Source of the DNA: an uncultured Bacilli bacterium
GTDB taxonomy: Bacteria; Bacillota_I; Bacilli_A; RF39; UBA660
Assembly: GCA_934182615.1 (NCBI GenBank)
Contig: CAKPRO010000001.1
Span: 78,197-142,196 of the forward strand
Direction of reading: 5' to 3'
DNA length: 64,000 nucleotides
The translations under genes and the position numbers were made by a program. Shown piece by piece: positions 11,273 through 21,678 of the stretch (position 1 is the first letter of the stretch; every line of letters begins with the position of its first letter). The notes under the pieces were generated by a model, which made no database searches, was not told the origin of the DNA, and saw nothing but the letters and a program-made list of their open reading frames with translations.

Positions 11273-11391
11273 AATATTCTCCTTTCATAATTATTCTATG
11301 ATTATAATGTAATAATTTTAATAATTTTAAACAATAAAAATAGACTTTTAATGCAAAAAAAATACCTACCTAAGTAGATATTTTATTATAA

Positions 11392-12864
11392 CTATATCAA
11401 AGCCATTACAAGTAATACAAGTATTACAATTAATAATAGCATTAATACAAATCTCCAAATATACTTAACCCATGAAGTATATGGAACATCTAAGTATTTA
11501 AGAGCCACAATTAAAAGAAAACTTGTAGGTCCTATAATACCAACTATACCATAAATACTTTGGAAAGTCATAGCATAAGTAGCTAACATAGACTCATCAC
11601 TAACTGCACTAATTAAAGGTGAATAAACACCAGCAACAGTATAATATAAGTCAGAATGAAGTAAACTACCAATTGCAGAAATAATACTAGCAGTAACCAA
11701 ATTAATTCCTAATTTAGACTCAGAAACCCAAGTAATAATAGTAGAAATAAAACTATGGTTATAAGTGGAAACTAGTATAGCATAAGTAAGAATAACTAAG
11801 AAAACAGTGCCAACCATTTTTTTAGATCCATTAACAAAATTATGAACAGTTTCATCAAATTTAATTTTATAAACAAATTTAATAATTAAAGTAAATAAAA
11901 TTAAAGTAATGATAATTGACATATAAGAACCTAAACCAGCCCAGTTACCAAATGCATACATATTACCAGAAACAATATTAGAGAAAATAGTAAACTCTCC
12001 AATCTTAATTCCAAGTAACCATTCATTAAACTTATCAAAGCATTTAATACCAAATAAAGTGTTCCAAGGTAAATATCCTAAAATAAGAATAACTAATATA
12101 ACTGATAACATAACAATAATAGGCCATGTTTTAATATTTTTATAGTCACCCTTAACTTCAGAAACACTAACTTCATTACTTTCATTTAGTTCATACTTAA
12201 CTTTTTTATCATTAACATTCTTAATATGTTTTTTAATAAAGAATATAAGTAATGCAATACCTAATACTAATAAAATTAATTTAGGTAATAAAAGTGAAGT
12301 ATTACTAATATTAGTCATTTTCTCTATAGTAGTAGCACTATATCCATAATAACTATTAGGATCTCTAAAAGTAACAAATACGCCACCAATAAATCCTACT
12401 AGCATAGATACAACAGTAGAACTAATAGCCACTAATTTGTCATAACCAAGTAACATAATAATAGCTATAACAAATGGTACAAATACTAATAGAACATTAA
12501 CAAGTCCAGTAACTGAAGTAAGTACTGCAAATAAAGCAGTAACAATAAATACAAATAATTCACTATGTCCTTTTACTTTTTGAGCAATATTATCAACTAA
12601 TTTCTTATAAGCAGGAACTTCATTAAGAACACCATAAAAAGCTCCAAGTACTAATAGATAAACTACAGTATCAAAGAAATAATAGAATGATTGAACAAAA
12701 TTAATAAGAACATCACCTAGTGCAATCATAGTATATTTACCTTCTAATGCTGGAACAAAATATCCAAGTATAGCAAGAATACCATCTACTGCAAGTAATG
12801 CTCCTAACACAATTAAAATAACTTTAAATAAACTATGCTTTTTCATATTAACCTCCTCTAACAA
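11392..12864 (-). CDS. YfcC-family polytopic membrane transporter (putative anaerobic C4-dicarboxylate/basic amino acid carrier family)
   Basis: 490 aa with ~12 TM segments. GAFYGVLNEV-type motif resembles the YfcC/DcuC-like family. Confidence 0.5.
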   Translation of the reverse strand: MLEEVNMKKHSLFKVILIVLGALLAVDGILAILGYFVPALEGKYTMIALGDVLINFVQSFYYFFDTVVYLLVLGAFYGVLNEVPAYKKLVDNIAQKVKGHSELFVFIVTALFAVLTSVTGLVNVLLVFVPFVIAIIMLLGYDKLVAISSTVVSMLVGFIGGVFVTFRDPNSYYGYSATTIEKMTNISNTSLLLPKLILLVLGIALLIFFIKKHIKNVNDKKVKYELNESNEVSVSEVKGDYKNIKTWPIIVMLSVILVILILGYLPWNTLFGIKCFDKFNEWLLGIKIGEFTIFSNIVSGNMYAFGNWAGLGSYMSIIITLILFTLIIKFVYKIKFDETVHNFVNGSKKMVGTVFLVILTYAILVSTYNHSFISTIITWVSESKLGINLVTASIISAIGSLLHSDLYYTVAGVYSPLISAVSDESMLATYAMTFQSIYGIVGIIGPTSFLLIVALKYLDVPYTSWVKYIWRFVLMLLLIVILVLLVMALI

Positions 12865-12946
12865 TAATTATATCACAAAACAAGTAAATGTAAATAAAAA
12901 AAAGAAAAAAACTCAAGTTTTTCCCTTATTTTTATTGGTTTTATGA

Positions 12947-14437
12947 CTATTTTCTCTCCTTCATAGTAGGAAACAAAATAACATCTCTAATAGAATCAGA
13001 TTCAGTAAATAACATACATAATCTATCTATACCATATCCAATACCACCAGCAGGAGGCATACCATACTCTAATGCTTCAATAAAGTCCATATCAATATCA
13101 TTAGCCTCATCATTACCAAGTTCTCTTTCTTTAATTTGATTTTCAAATCTTTCTAATTGATCAATAGGATCATTAAGTTCAGTATATGCATTAGCAAATT
13201 CCTTACCACCAATAAACAATTCAAATCTATCTACAAATCTAGGATCCTCAGGATTCTTCTTTGTAAGTGGACTAATCTCAATCGGATGACCATATAAGAA
13301 TGTAGGCTGAATTAAAGTCTCTTCAACATATTTTTCAAAAAATAAATTAACAATATGTCCAAAACTCTTTTCATGTTCCTCAACCTCGATATGATGTTCC
13401 TCTGCTAACTTAAGAGCCTCTTCAACACTCATATCTTTCTTAAAGTCAATACCAGTCTTTTCTTTAATAGCCTCAACCATACTAACTCTCTTCCATGGAC
13501 CTTCTAAATTAATTTCATTACCACACCAATTAAAAGTCATTCTACCAAAAACTTCCCTAGCAATAGTTTGAAACATTCCCTCAGTCATATCCATCATACC
13601 ATCTAAATTACTATAAGCAAGATATGCTTCCATTTCTGTAAATTCAGGATTATGTCTAGTATCCATACCTTCATTTCTAAATACTCTACCAATCTCATAA
13701 ACAGCTTCCATTCCACCTACTAAAAGTCTCTTTAAAGGAAGCTCTAAAGCAATTCTAAGATACATATCTAAATCTTGTGCATTATGATGAGTACAGAAAG
13801 GTCTAGCACTAGCACCAGTAAGTAAAGTAGTAAGTACTGGAGTTTCAACTTCAACAAAACCTAATCCATCCATATAATTTTGAATACATCTAATGATTTT
13901 AGGTCTAAGAAAAGCCGTCTTCTTAGAATCCTCATTCATAATTAAATCAACATATCTTCTTCTATATCTTTCTTCAATATCAGTAAGACCATGGAATTTT
14001 TCAGGTAAAGGTCTAAGTGCCTTAACTAAATGAGTATATTCTAAACATTTAACAGTAAGTTCTCCAGTCTTAGTTTTCATAACCTTACCAGTAACACCAA
14101 CAATATCTCCAATATCAGCAGTCTTAAATAAATTATAAGTTTCTTCTCCTACATCATTAATAGAAATATATACTTGCATCTTACCAGTCTTATCTTGAAT
14201 ACTAAAGAAAGAAGCCTTTCCCATCTTTCTAATAAACATAATTCTACCAGCAATAGTAACTTTATCTTCTAAATTTTCTAATTCATCATGTTCATATTTA
14301 CTATATTGCTCTCTAATATCTTCAGATGTATGTGTCCTATCAAACCTATGTCCAAAAGGATCCATCCCCATTTCTCTTATTCTATTTGCCTTTTCTATTC
14401 TAACTAATTCTTGATCAGTTCTTTCCATTTTTATCAT
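12947..14437 (-). CDS. lysS: Lysine--tRNA ligase (class II)
   Basis: 496 aa with an OB anticodon-binding domain plus class II motifs ([25 protein letters not shown]). Confidence 0.95.
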   Translation of the reverse strand: MIKMERTDQELVRIEKANRIREMGMDPFGHRFDRTHTSEDIREQYSKYEHDELENLEDKVTIAGRIMFIRKMGKASFFSIQDKTGKMQVYISINDVGEETYNLFKTADIGDIVGVTGKVMKTKTGELTVKCLEYTHLVKALRPLPEKFHGLTDIEERYRRRYVDLIMNEDSKKTAFLRPKIIRCIQNYMDGLGFVEVETPVLTTLLTGASARPFCTHHNAQDLDMYLRIALELPLKRLLVGGMEAVYEIGRVFRNEGMDTRHNPEFTEMEAYLAYSNLDGMMDMTEGMFQTIAREVFGRMTFNWCGNEINLEGPWKRVSMVEAIKEKTGIDFKKDMSVEEALKLAEEHHIEVEEHEKSFGHIVNLFFEKYVEETLIQPTFLYGHPIEISPLTKKNPEDPRFVDRFELFIGGKEFANAYTELNDPIDQLERFENQIKERELGNDEANDIDMDFIEALEYGMPPAGGIGYGIDRLCMLFTESDSIRDVILFPTMKERK

Positions 14438-15024
14438 TCCTCTCTTATCACATTAGTCTTAGCAATAATATCATGAAGTCCTCTGCCATCCTTCTTATAT
14501 AACATCATAAGAATACTAATGATAATAATCATACTCTCAATAGCAGATATTACACTAACACTATAATTAAACTTTTCCATATCTAAAAAGTTTATACTTA
14601 TCGTACTATATAAAGTTGTAACAATACCATATATTAATAATCCTCTAATAACCATATTCCAAATACTAGGTCTCTCACCCTTATCATTAACAACTTTAAT
14701 CTTAAGTAATTTCTTACCCAAAGTTTGTCCTTTATTAAAGTAAGCAAAAACAATATAATAGCCAATGAATACAACAGAGGTTGCAACATTGACTGGAAGT
14801 TTCCGTTTAGTAAGCTCATAATTAAGTGGCATTACCTTTTCAGTATATTCCTCCACAGTAATATTTCCCTCTTTATAATCATTCATTACATCATTAATTT
14901 CCTTAGTAAGATCACTACCAATATTAACACTAGCAGTAATTCCCATAAGTACTATCGTAATAATAAAGTAATCAATTAAATATGCAAATATTCTCTTAAA
15001 AAAATCCGCTTTCATAAAAATCAC
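14434..15024 (-). CDS. RDD family membrane protein
   Basis: [15 protein letters not shown] motif and 3-4 TM segments. Overlaps the lysS start by 4 nt. Confidence 0.65.
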   Translation of the reverse strand: MIFMKADFFKRIFAYLIDYFIITIVLMGITASVNIGSDLTKEINDVMNDYKEGNITVEEYTEKVMPLNYELTKRKLPVNVATSVVFIGYYIVFAYFNKGQTLGKKLLKIKVVNDKGERPSIWNMVIRGLLIYGIVTTLYSTISINFLDMEKFNYSVSVISAIESMIIIISILMMLYKKDGRGLHDIIAKTNVIREE

Positions 15025-15035
15025 CTATACACATA

Positions 15036-16019
15036 TTATATACTATTTTCCAATTTTTTCAAATAGTTATTTAATATTTTCTCGATATCTTCTCTACTAG
15101 TAGCCTTAAATATAGCATTCTTAACTTCCTGACTACCATTCATTCCCTTCAAATACCAAGCAATATGACTTCTCATCTCTAATACTGCTACCTTCTCAGG
15201 TTTAATCTTCATCAAATAATCCATATGATGAAAACACATATCAATTCTTTCCTTATAACTAGGCTTATCAATAATAGTACCATCATCAAAATAAGTAACA
15301 AGTTCTTTAATTAACCAAGGATTACCTAAAACTCCTCTACCAATCATAATAGCATCACAACCAGTATAAGAAAACATTCTTTTAGCACTTTCAATATCCT
15401 TAATATCACCATTACCAATAACAGGTATATTAACGCTTTCCTTAACAGCTTTAATAATATCTAAATTAACAGTCCCAGAGTATCCCTGACTCCTAGTTCT
15501 ACCATGAACACAAATAGCAGATGCCCCAGCCTTTTCTACTATTTTAGCCACTTCAACAGCATTTATACTATTATTATCCCATCCACTTCTAATTTTAACA
15601 GTAACAGGAACACTAACACTCTTAACAACAGCACTAACAATTTCATATATCTTTTCAGGATTCTTAAGAAGAGCAGCTCCTGCTTGTGACTTAATAGCAA
15701 CTTTAGGTACAGGACATCCCATATTAATATCAATAATATCAGGATGCATAATATCTTCAACCATTTTAGCAGCCTCTACAAAAGTATCCAAATCACTACC
15801 AAATATTTGCTGAACTATTGGTCTCTCACATTCCTCAAAATATAACATATCTTTAGTTTTCTTACTATCATAAACAAGTCCCTTATCACTAACCATTTCA
15901 GCATAGATAAGACCACACCCCATTTCTTTAATAATCTTTCTAAAAGCACTATTACATACCCCTGCCATTGGAGCTAAAACAATATTATTTTTAATAGTAA
16001 CATTACCAATTTTAAACAT
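15036..16019 (-). CDS. dusB: tRNA-dihydrouridine synthase B
   Basis: LAPMAGV...GCP TIM-barrel Dus motifs. The preferred start is the ATG at 16019, which has a GGTGA RBS; the extended ORF starts at a TTG at 16055. Confidence 0.85.
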   Translation of the reverse strand: MFKIGNVTIKNNIVLAPMAGVCNSAFRKIIKEMGCGLIYAEMVSDKGLVYDSKKTKDMLYFEECERPIVQQIFGSDLDTFVEAAKMVEDIMHPDIIDINMGCPVPKVAIKSQAGAALLKNPEKIYEIVSAVVKSVSVPVTVKIRSGWDNNSINAVEVAKIVEKAGASAICVHGRTRSQGYSGTVNLDIIKAVKESVNIPVIGNGDIKDIESAKRMFSYTGCDAIMIGRGVLGNPWLIKELVTYFDDGTIIDKPSYKERIDMCFHHMDYLMKIKPEKVAVLEMRSHIAWYLKGMNGSQEVKNAIFKATSREDIEKILNNYLKKLENSI

Positions 16020-16085
16020 AAAATCACCACTTGTATGTATTTTATCACATAACAAAGAAAAATAAAAGAAAAATTAAGTATTTTA

Positions 16086-16280
16086 CTACTTAATAATATT
16101 TAAAAAATCATACAAAAAATTACATACCAAATATGATAAAGAGAACATAACTAAAATATAAAATATTCTAGCTTGAAAAACCTTATTTTTCTTGAATATA
16201 CTATTAAAGTTAACACTATCCATAGTATAAATAACTAAAGGTAAAACAAATAAATATAAAACAAATTTATTCATTTTCAA
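16086..16280 (-). CDS. Small hypothetical membrane protein (64 aa)
   Basis: ORF with hydrophobic segments, overlapping the rpiB 3' end by 14 nt. Weak call. Confidence 0.25.
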   Translation of the reverse strand: MKMNKFVLYLFVLPLVIYTMDSVNFNSIFKKNKVFQARIFYILVMFSLSYLVCNFLYDFLNIIK

Positions 16281-16716
16281 TTTCCTTAATCATATTATTT
16301 CTTCTAATATATTTACTAACATTAGAAAAAGGTGTTTCAATAAAATTATTAACTATCTTTTTCATAACTTCATGATCAACTTCTTCACTCATAGCAATAA
16401 CATTAGCATTATTATGACTTCTACATAAAATAGCTTCACTCTCATTAGATACTTTAGCACAGTATACACCTTTCATTTTATTCAAAACAATACTCATTCC
16501 AATACCAGTACCACAAATAGCAATACCAAGATCAATTTCCTCATTTTGAATAGCTTCTCCTAATTTCTTAGCATATACAGGAAAATCAACAGACTCAGCA
16601 CTATTAGTACCAAAATCAATTACATAAATATCATTTTCATCAAAATATTCCTTCAAAAACTCTTTAGCAGTAAATCCTCTATGATCACTAGCAATACCAA
16701 TTTTAATATTATTCAT
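16267..16716 (-). CDS. rpiB: Ribose-5-phosphate isomerase B (RpiB/LacAB family)
   Basis: 149 aa with IGIASDHRGF...ICGTGIGMSI motifs. Confidence 0.85.
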   Translation of the reverse strand: MNNIKIGIASDHRGFTAKEFLKEYFDENDIYVIDFGTNSAESVDFPVYAKKLGEAIQNEEIDLGIAICGTGIGMSIVLNKMKGVYCAKVSNESEAILCRSHNNANVIAMSEEVDHEVMKKIVNNFIETPFSNVSKYIRRNNMIKEIENE

Positions 16717-16805
16717 AAAATCATCCTCTTTCTATAACAATTATAACAAAAAAAAGAATAATTAAAATATAATTATCTCTTTTTTACATATTTTTTACAT
16801 ATTAA

Positions 16806-17798
16806 TTATTGTCTTTCCAACATATATAAATTATCTAATAAAATACCAGTACCTTCTGCTACACAAGTAAGTGGAGATTCCGCTGTAAATACAGGAACCT
16901 TAAGTTCTTGACTAAGAACTTGCGAAAAACCATCTACTAAAGCACCACCACCAGTAAGTACTATACCTTTATCAATAATATCCGCAGAAAGTTCTGGAGG
17001 AGTCTGTTCAAGTATACCTTTTACCGCATGAATAATAGTATATACACTTTCTCTAAGAGCTTCTTCTATTTCATCACTAGTAAGAGTAATAGTATGTGGA
17101 AGACCAGTAACTAAATCTCTTCCTCTAACCTCCATTTTTTCATTCCTTGATCCAGGAAATACTGTACCAATAGTAATTTTAATATCTTCAGCAGTTCTTT
17201 CACCAACTAAAAGTTTATATTTATCTTTAATATATTTTACAATATCATTATCAAAAGCATTACCTGCTATTCTAATAGAAGCACTATTAACAATGCCACC
17301 TAAAGATAAAATAGCAATATCAGTAGTACCACCACCAATATCAATAACCATATTACCACTAGGTTTAGAAATATCCATTCCTGCACCAACAGCAGCCACC
17401 TTAGGCTCCTCTTCAAGAAAAACCTTTTTAGCTCCTGTTCTCTCAGCAGCTTCCTTAATAGCATTCTTTTCTACTTGTGTAATATTAGAAGGACAGCAAA
17501 TAAGAATTCTAGGTCTAGAGAAAAAACTCTTACCATTAACTTTTTTAATAAAGTAATTAAGCATAACTTCTGTAGTATCATAATCCGCTATTACACCATC
17601 TTTCATAGGTTTAATAGCCTTAACTTTCCCCGGAGTTCTACCAAGCATCTCATGAGCTTCAGTACCAACAGCCAAAGGTTTCTTCGTTTCAGCATCAATA
17701 GCAACTACAGATGGTTCATTTAAAACAATGCCCTGACCCTTAATATAGATAAGTACATTAGCAGTTCCTAAGTCAATACCAATATCTTTGTTAAACAT
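16806..17798 (-). CDS. mbl: Rod-shape-determining actin homolog MreB/Mbl
   Basis: 330 aa with DLGTANVLIY and DIGGGTTD actin-fold motifs. Its position next to spoIIID matches mbl. Confidence 0.9.
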   Translation of the reverse strand: MFNKDIGIDLGTANVLIYIKGQGIVLNEPSVVAIDAETKKPLAVGTEAHEMLGRTPGKVKAIKPMKDGVIADYDTTEVMLNYFIKKVNGKSFFSRPRILICCPSNITQVEKNAIKEAAERTGAKKVFLEEEPKVAAVGAGMDISKPSGNMVIDIGGGTTDIAILSLGGIVNSASIRIAGNAFDNDIVKYIKDKYKLLVGERTAEDIKITIGTVFPGSRNEKMEVRGRDLVTGLPHTITLTSDEIEEALRESVYTIIHAVKGILEQTPPELSADIIDKGIVLTGGGALVDGFSQVLSQELKVPVFTAESPLTCVAEGTGILLDNLYMLERQ

Positions 17799-17854
17799 AA
17801 AATCACCATCCTTATTTCCATTTTACCACAATTTAACAGTTTTTTATACAAATA

Positions 17855-18121
17855 TTACACTTTTCTTTTCAAAAACTTTCTTTTTGTCGACTCTCCTCCC
17901 TTAATATGCTTAATATCAGCATGAAATTCCATAATACTTGACACTTTTTCATACAAATTTTTGTCAATCAAAGAAAGTCTATATCGCATATCATTATGTA
18001 CAGTACTCTTAGAAACACCAAATACTAAAGAAGCATCCCTAACCGTTTTATCATTAATAATAATATACTTTGCCTCGTCAATTACTCTATTATATATTCT
18101 ATTATTCATATATTCACCCAT
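17855..18121 (-). CDS. spoIIID: Stage III sporulation protein D (mother-cell transcription factor)
   Basis: 88 aa with VFGVSKSTVHNDM HTH and a GGESTKRKF C-terminus, typical of SpoIIID. Confidence 0.85.
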   Translation of the reverse strand: MGEYMNNRIYNRVIDEAKYIIINDKTVRDASLVFGVSKSTVHNDMRYRLSLIDKNLYEKVSSIMEFHADIKHIKGGESTKRKFLKRKV

Positions 18122-18165
18122 AGTATTATATTAAATAAAGAATATATTTATGAAAAAAGATAAAA

Positions 18166-18858
18166 CTATAATTCATCTAAAGATTTATTATAGAATTCTT
18201 CAGGATTAACAATTTTACCTTTATGATATAATTCAAAATGTAAATGATTACCCATATCTTTCTCTATATTAGATAATCCACTTTTAGCAATAATTTGTCC
18301 CTGAATAACTTTATCATCCTTACTAACAATAACATCAGATAAACTTTGATATACACTAATTAGATCATTATTATGTCTAATCTCAATAGTAGTACCCATA
18401 ATATCATTATTTTCAACCGAAATAACAGTACCATCTAAAATACTAATAACATCAAAAACATTCTCACTAGCATAATCAACACCCGAATTTTGCATATAAG
18501 TATTCTCATAGAATATAATAGCTTTCTCCTGATTATCAGTAGAATCCTTATAATCATAGAAAGATTTAGCTATCTTAACATCATCACTAAGATATGGCTT
18601 AACTATAGTATTATTAGTACTAACTACTGGAATATCCCTATTAGTCCCCTCAGTAATCTCACCATCAACATATTTAATATTATTATCTTTCTTAGAAAAC
18701 AATAAATTATTAGCAAAATTACCTACAAAAAACATACTAAATAAAAATGCCAATACCAAAGTACCATATATTACAGGTACAAAAAATGATTTAATTCTTC
18801 TATTTCTCATCTTATCACCTCTAATATAATTGTTTCCTAAAACCAAAATAATATACAT
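18166..18858 (-). CDS. spoIIQ: M23 (LytM) peptidase-domain membrane protein, SpoIIQ-like by position
   Basis: N-terminal TM plus an M23 domain with an intact HLHFELYHKGKIVNP motif. The spoIID - M23 - spoIIID - mreB order matches clostridial spoIIQ loci. Confidence 0.55.
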   Translation of the reverse strand: MYIILVLGNNYIRGDKMRNRRIKSFFVPVIYGTLVLAFLFSMFFVGNFANNLLFSKKDNNIKYVDGEITEGTNRDIPVVSTNNTIVKPYLSDDVKIAKSFYDYKDSTDNQEKAIIFYENTYMQNSGVDYASENVFDVISILDGTVISVENNDIMGTTIEIRHNNDLISVYQSLSDVIVSKDDKVIQGQIIAKSGLSNIEKDMGNHLHFELYHKGKIVNPEEFYNKSLDEL

Positions 18859-19784
18859 TAATTTTCCATTTTTTTAATCTCAGTACCAGAATAATAATAT
18901 TTCAAAATATCTTTATAACTATAACCTTCTTGTGCCATACCAAGAGCACCATATTGACTCATACCAACACCATGACCATATCCAATAGTAGAAATAATAA
19001 TCTTATCACCTTCTTTTTTTAAAGAAAAATCAAGCGATCTAAGTCCTAATTTATCATATAAACTTTTCCCAGTAAATTCCTTACCATTAATACTAAGCGT
19101 AACAATTCTATTAGTACTACTCCTCTTAAGAACTTTAAAATCAAAAGAATCACTATAAGAAAGACCTAACTTTTTATAAAAAGAATTAATATCCATTGAA
19201 GTATTACTTCTAAATGCCGAACTAGTCTTTTCATCCCAAGAAGATTTAACACTTTTTAAATATGGCAAATCAACATCAAAAACTAAAGAAGCCGTTTCAG
19301 TATACCCATTACTAGTAGAAAAAAACAAAGCATCAATTACTTCACCATCATATTCTAAATATTCCATACTCGTTTCATTAACCACTTCTCTAAGTTTATT
19401 AATATTATTAATATAATCATCACCCCAAGCATCTTTTAAATAATTATCATCTAAATAAACCTGATTCATAATAGAATCAACAACATCATAATCATTATCT
19501 TTATTATACTCCATTCTTTTAAAAGCATAACTTCTAGCCGCCACTGCTTGAGCTTTAAAAGCCTCTTTTTCAAAATAAATAGGCATTTCACCCGCTAAAA
19601 CACCAACAATATATTCTTCAAAAGGAATAGAATCAATATTTCCCGTACTCATTCTTTTAACTCTAATAATAGTATTGGACATATATTTAATTTTTATTTC
19701 TTCTTTTTCATCTATTTTATAAAAATTAACAATCAAAAAAGGAATAAAAATAACAATAACAGTAATAAAAATAATCTTTTTCAT
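18858..19784 (-). CDS. spoIID: Stage II sporulation protein D (SpoIID/LytB-type lytic transglycosylase)
   Basis: 308 aa with a signal anchor and a SpoIID/LytB domain (AQAVAARSYA, GYGHGVGMSQYGA). Confidence 0.85.
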   Translation of the reverse strand: MKKIIFITVIVIFIPFLIVNFYKIDEKEEIKIKYMSNTIIRVKRMSTGNIDSIPFEEYIVGVLAGEMPIYFEKEAFKAQAVAARSYAFKRMEYNKDNDYDVVDSIMNQVYLDDNYLKDAWGDDYINNINKLREVVNETSMEYLEYDGEVIDALFFSTSNGYTETASLVFDVDLPYLKSVKSSWDEKTSSAFRSNTSMDINSFYKKLGLSYSDSFDFKVLKRSSTNRIVTLSINGKEFTGKSLYDKLGLRSLDFSLKKEGDKIIISTIGYGHGVGMSQYGALGMAQEGYSYKDILKYYYSGTEIKKMEN

Positions 19785-19848
19785 ATCATAACCTCTATCT
19801 AATTATATGACATAGAAAAAGAAAAAACTGTCAAAAAAAGAAATGATA

Positions 19849-20562
19849 TTATCTACCATTTCTTAACATTTCAAATTTAACATTAGAAGTAAGTCCTATA
19901 ATATCAGGATCCTTTTCATTAATAAAGGCCAAATCAAATAAAGTACCTCTATTAAAACCAACATTACCACCTCTATCAAGAACAATTCCTATAAAATCAT
20001 CCATACCAGGAACATTACTAATTCTAAAAATAGAATAGAATGGAAATGATGGATCTGCTGCTAAAATTCTAACAGTACCAAATTCATTATCATCATAATA
20101 CATAGATTCATTTAAATTATGACCTGCAGCTGTATAACCAGAACAACCATAACAATTAGCACCATACCCAGTTAAATTACCAACTACAGTATCAAGTACC
20201 TCTCTATCATAAAATAAACCTGAAGAACTAGGAGTAGTCGGAGTCTCAGGAACAACCGGTGTCGTATCAACAACAGGTTCTTCAGTAACTTCCTCTTTAA
20301 CCTCTTCTTCTTTTATTTCTTCTTTTTCAGTATCATCATCCAAAGGAACAACAACACTAGTATCAACAGAACTAAGAAGCAATTCTTCACTTTTAAATAA
20401 AGTCATTGTCTTATCTGCCATTTTGTCAAAATTATTATTACCAATAGTTATATTTTGATTATTAGCACCACCTGAAAAAACAAGTGTCAAAAATAAAGTA
20501 ACTACTAATAACTGTGAAGAAATAGTTATAACCTTAACAGTTACATTCTTCATTAATCTCAC
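19849..20562 (-). CDS. 3D-domain (MltA-like) cell-wall protein, YabE-like position
   Basis: Signal peptide, a Thr/Pro/Glu-rich linker, then a C-terminal 3D-type domain (YGCSGYTAAGHNL, DRGGNVGFNRGTLFD). It lies downstream of tatD, as yabE does in Bacillus. Confidence 0.6.
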   Translation of the reverse strand: MRLMKNVTVKVITISSQLLVVTLFLTLVFSGGANNQNITIGNNNFDKMADKTMTLFKSEELLLSSVDTSVVVPLDDDTEKEEIKEEEVKEEVTEEPVVDTTPVVPETPTTPSSSGLFYDREVLDTVVGNLTGYGANCYGCSGYTAAGHNLNESMYYDDNEFGTVRILAADPSFPFYSIFRISNVPGMDDFIGIVLDRGGNVGFNRGTLFDLAFINEKDPDIIGLTSNVKFEMLRNGR

Positions 20563-20593
20563 CTCATTAATATTTTAGAACATATTAATTGTA

Positions 20594-21358
20594 TCATTTT
20601 TCGCAAGAAAAGTCAAATACGGCCTCCGCATTAGCAGTAGTAACCCTAGCAATATCAAGGCTTGAAGTCCCTTTTATACTCGCAATCTCATCAGCAATAA
20701 TAGGTATATATTTAGGACTATTATTCTCTCCTCTATGAGGAACTGGAGCAAGATACGGACTATCAGTCTCTAATAAAATATATGCTAAATCAATATCTTT
20801 TACCACTTCTTTAATAGTCTTAGCATTTTTATAAGTAATTATACCTCCAATACCAATTTTATATCCAAGTTTAATAAATTCCCTAGCCATTTCTACAGAA
20901 CCACTAAAACAATGTATACTTCCCTTTAAATTGTATTCTTTTAAAATATTATATGTATCTTGTATAGAATCTCTACTATGAACAATAATAGGTTTATTAT
21001 ACTTTTGTGCAATATCTAATTGTTTCCTAAAAACCATACTTTGTTTTTCTCTATCAGTATCATCATAATGATAATCAAGCCCAATTTCACCAACAGCAAC
21101 AATTTTAGAATTATTAATATTCTCTTCTAAAAAAGAAAAATATTCATCATTAAAATCGTCGAGTTCGGTAGGATGAAATCCAATAGCCCCATATATAATA
21201 TCATATTTATTAACAAGTTCTAAAACCTCTTTATTTGAAACTATATCACATCCATTAACAATAATCCTATTAACATTATTATCTTTACATTCAGAAATAA
21301 CTTTTTCAATATCATCATAGTATTCACTAAATACATGACAATGAGTATCAATATACAT
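20594..21358 (-). CDS. tatD: TatD family metal-dependent DNase/hydrolase
   Basis: 254 aa with DTHCH...GEIGLD...HSRD motifs. Confidence 0.9.
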   Translation of the reverse strand: MYIDTHCHVFSEYYDDIEKVISECKDNNVNRIIVNGCDIVSNKEVLELVNKYDIIYGAIGFHPTELDDFNDEYFSFLEENINNSKIVAVGEIGLDYHYDDTDREKQSMVFRKQLDIAQKYNKPIIVHSRDSIQDTYNILKEYNLKGSIHCFSGSVEMAREFIKLGYKIGIGGIITYKNAKTIKEVVKDIDLAYILLETDSPYLAPVPHRGENNSPKYIPIIADEIASIKGTSSLDIARVTTANAEAVFDFSCEK

Positions 21359-21400
21359 AAAAATCCTCCTAATAAAAAATCATACTAACTAATAGTATAA

Positions 21401-21568
21401 TTATTTAATATTAATTTTAATAAAAATTTTAACAACAAGAAAACAAACTATTGATATATAAATAAAATCAATAATATTCTTATGATTAAAAATAAATAAA
21501 ATAATAATACCACCAAAAACTAAAGATAACACCTTATAAATCATACTATGATTCTTACCATTAAACAT
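21401..21568 (-). CDS. Small hydrophobic peptide (55 aa), not in the ORF track
   Basis: ATG at 21568 preceded by AAGGGAGACTGG at good spacing for an RBS. Single TM helix. Lies between metG and tatD. Confidence 0.3.
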   Translation of the reverse strand: MFNGKNHSMIYKVLSLVFGGIIILFIFNHKNIIDFIYISIVCFLVVKIFIKINIK

Positions 21569-21678
21569 AGCCAGTCTCCCTTTCAGTATTAGGTACTACA
21601 ACAAAAATATAGCATAATTATCATCATATGTAAATAAAAATAAGTAAACTTTACATAAAAAAAGAACTAAGTAAACAC

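Noticed and set aside
15036-16055. Extended N-termini given by longest-ORF starts for dusB (TTG at 16055), ychF (3148), dnaN (43832), comK (42545), the herA-like gene (47418), mutM (53681), tmcAL (51212) and ltaS (47585)
   Set aside because: Internal ATG or GTG codons with clear GGAGG/GGTGA-type RBSs, and alignment to conserved N-termini (e.g. Fpg Pro2, YchF G1 motif), indicate shorter true starts.
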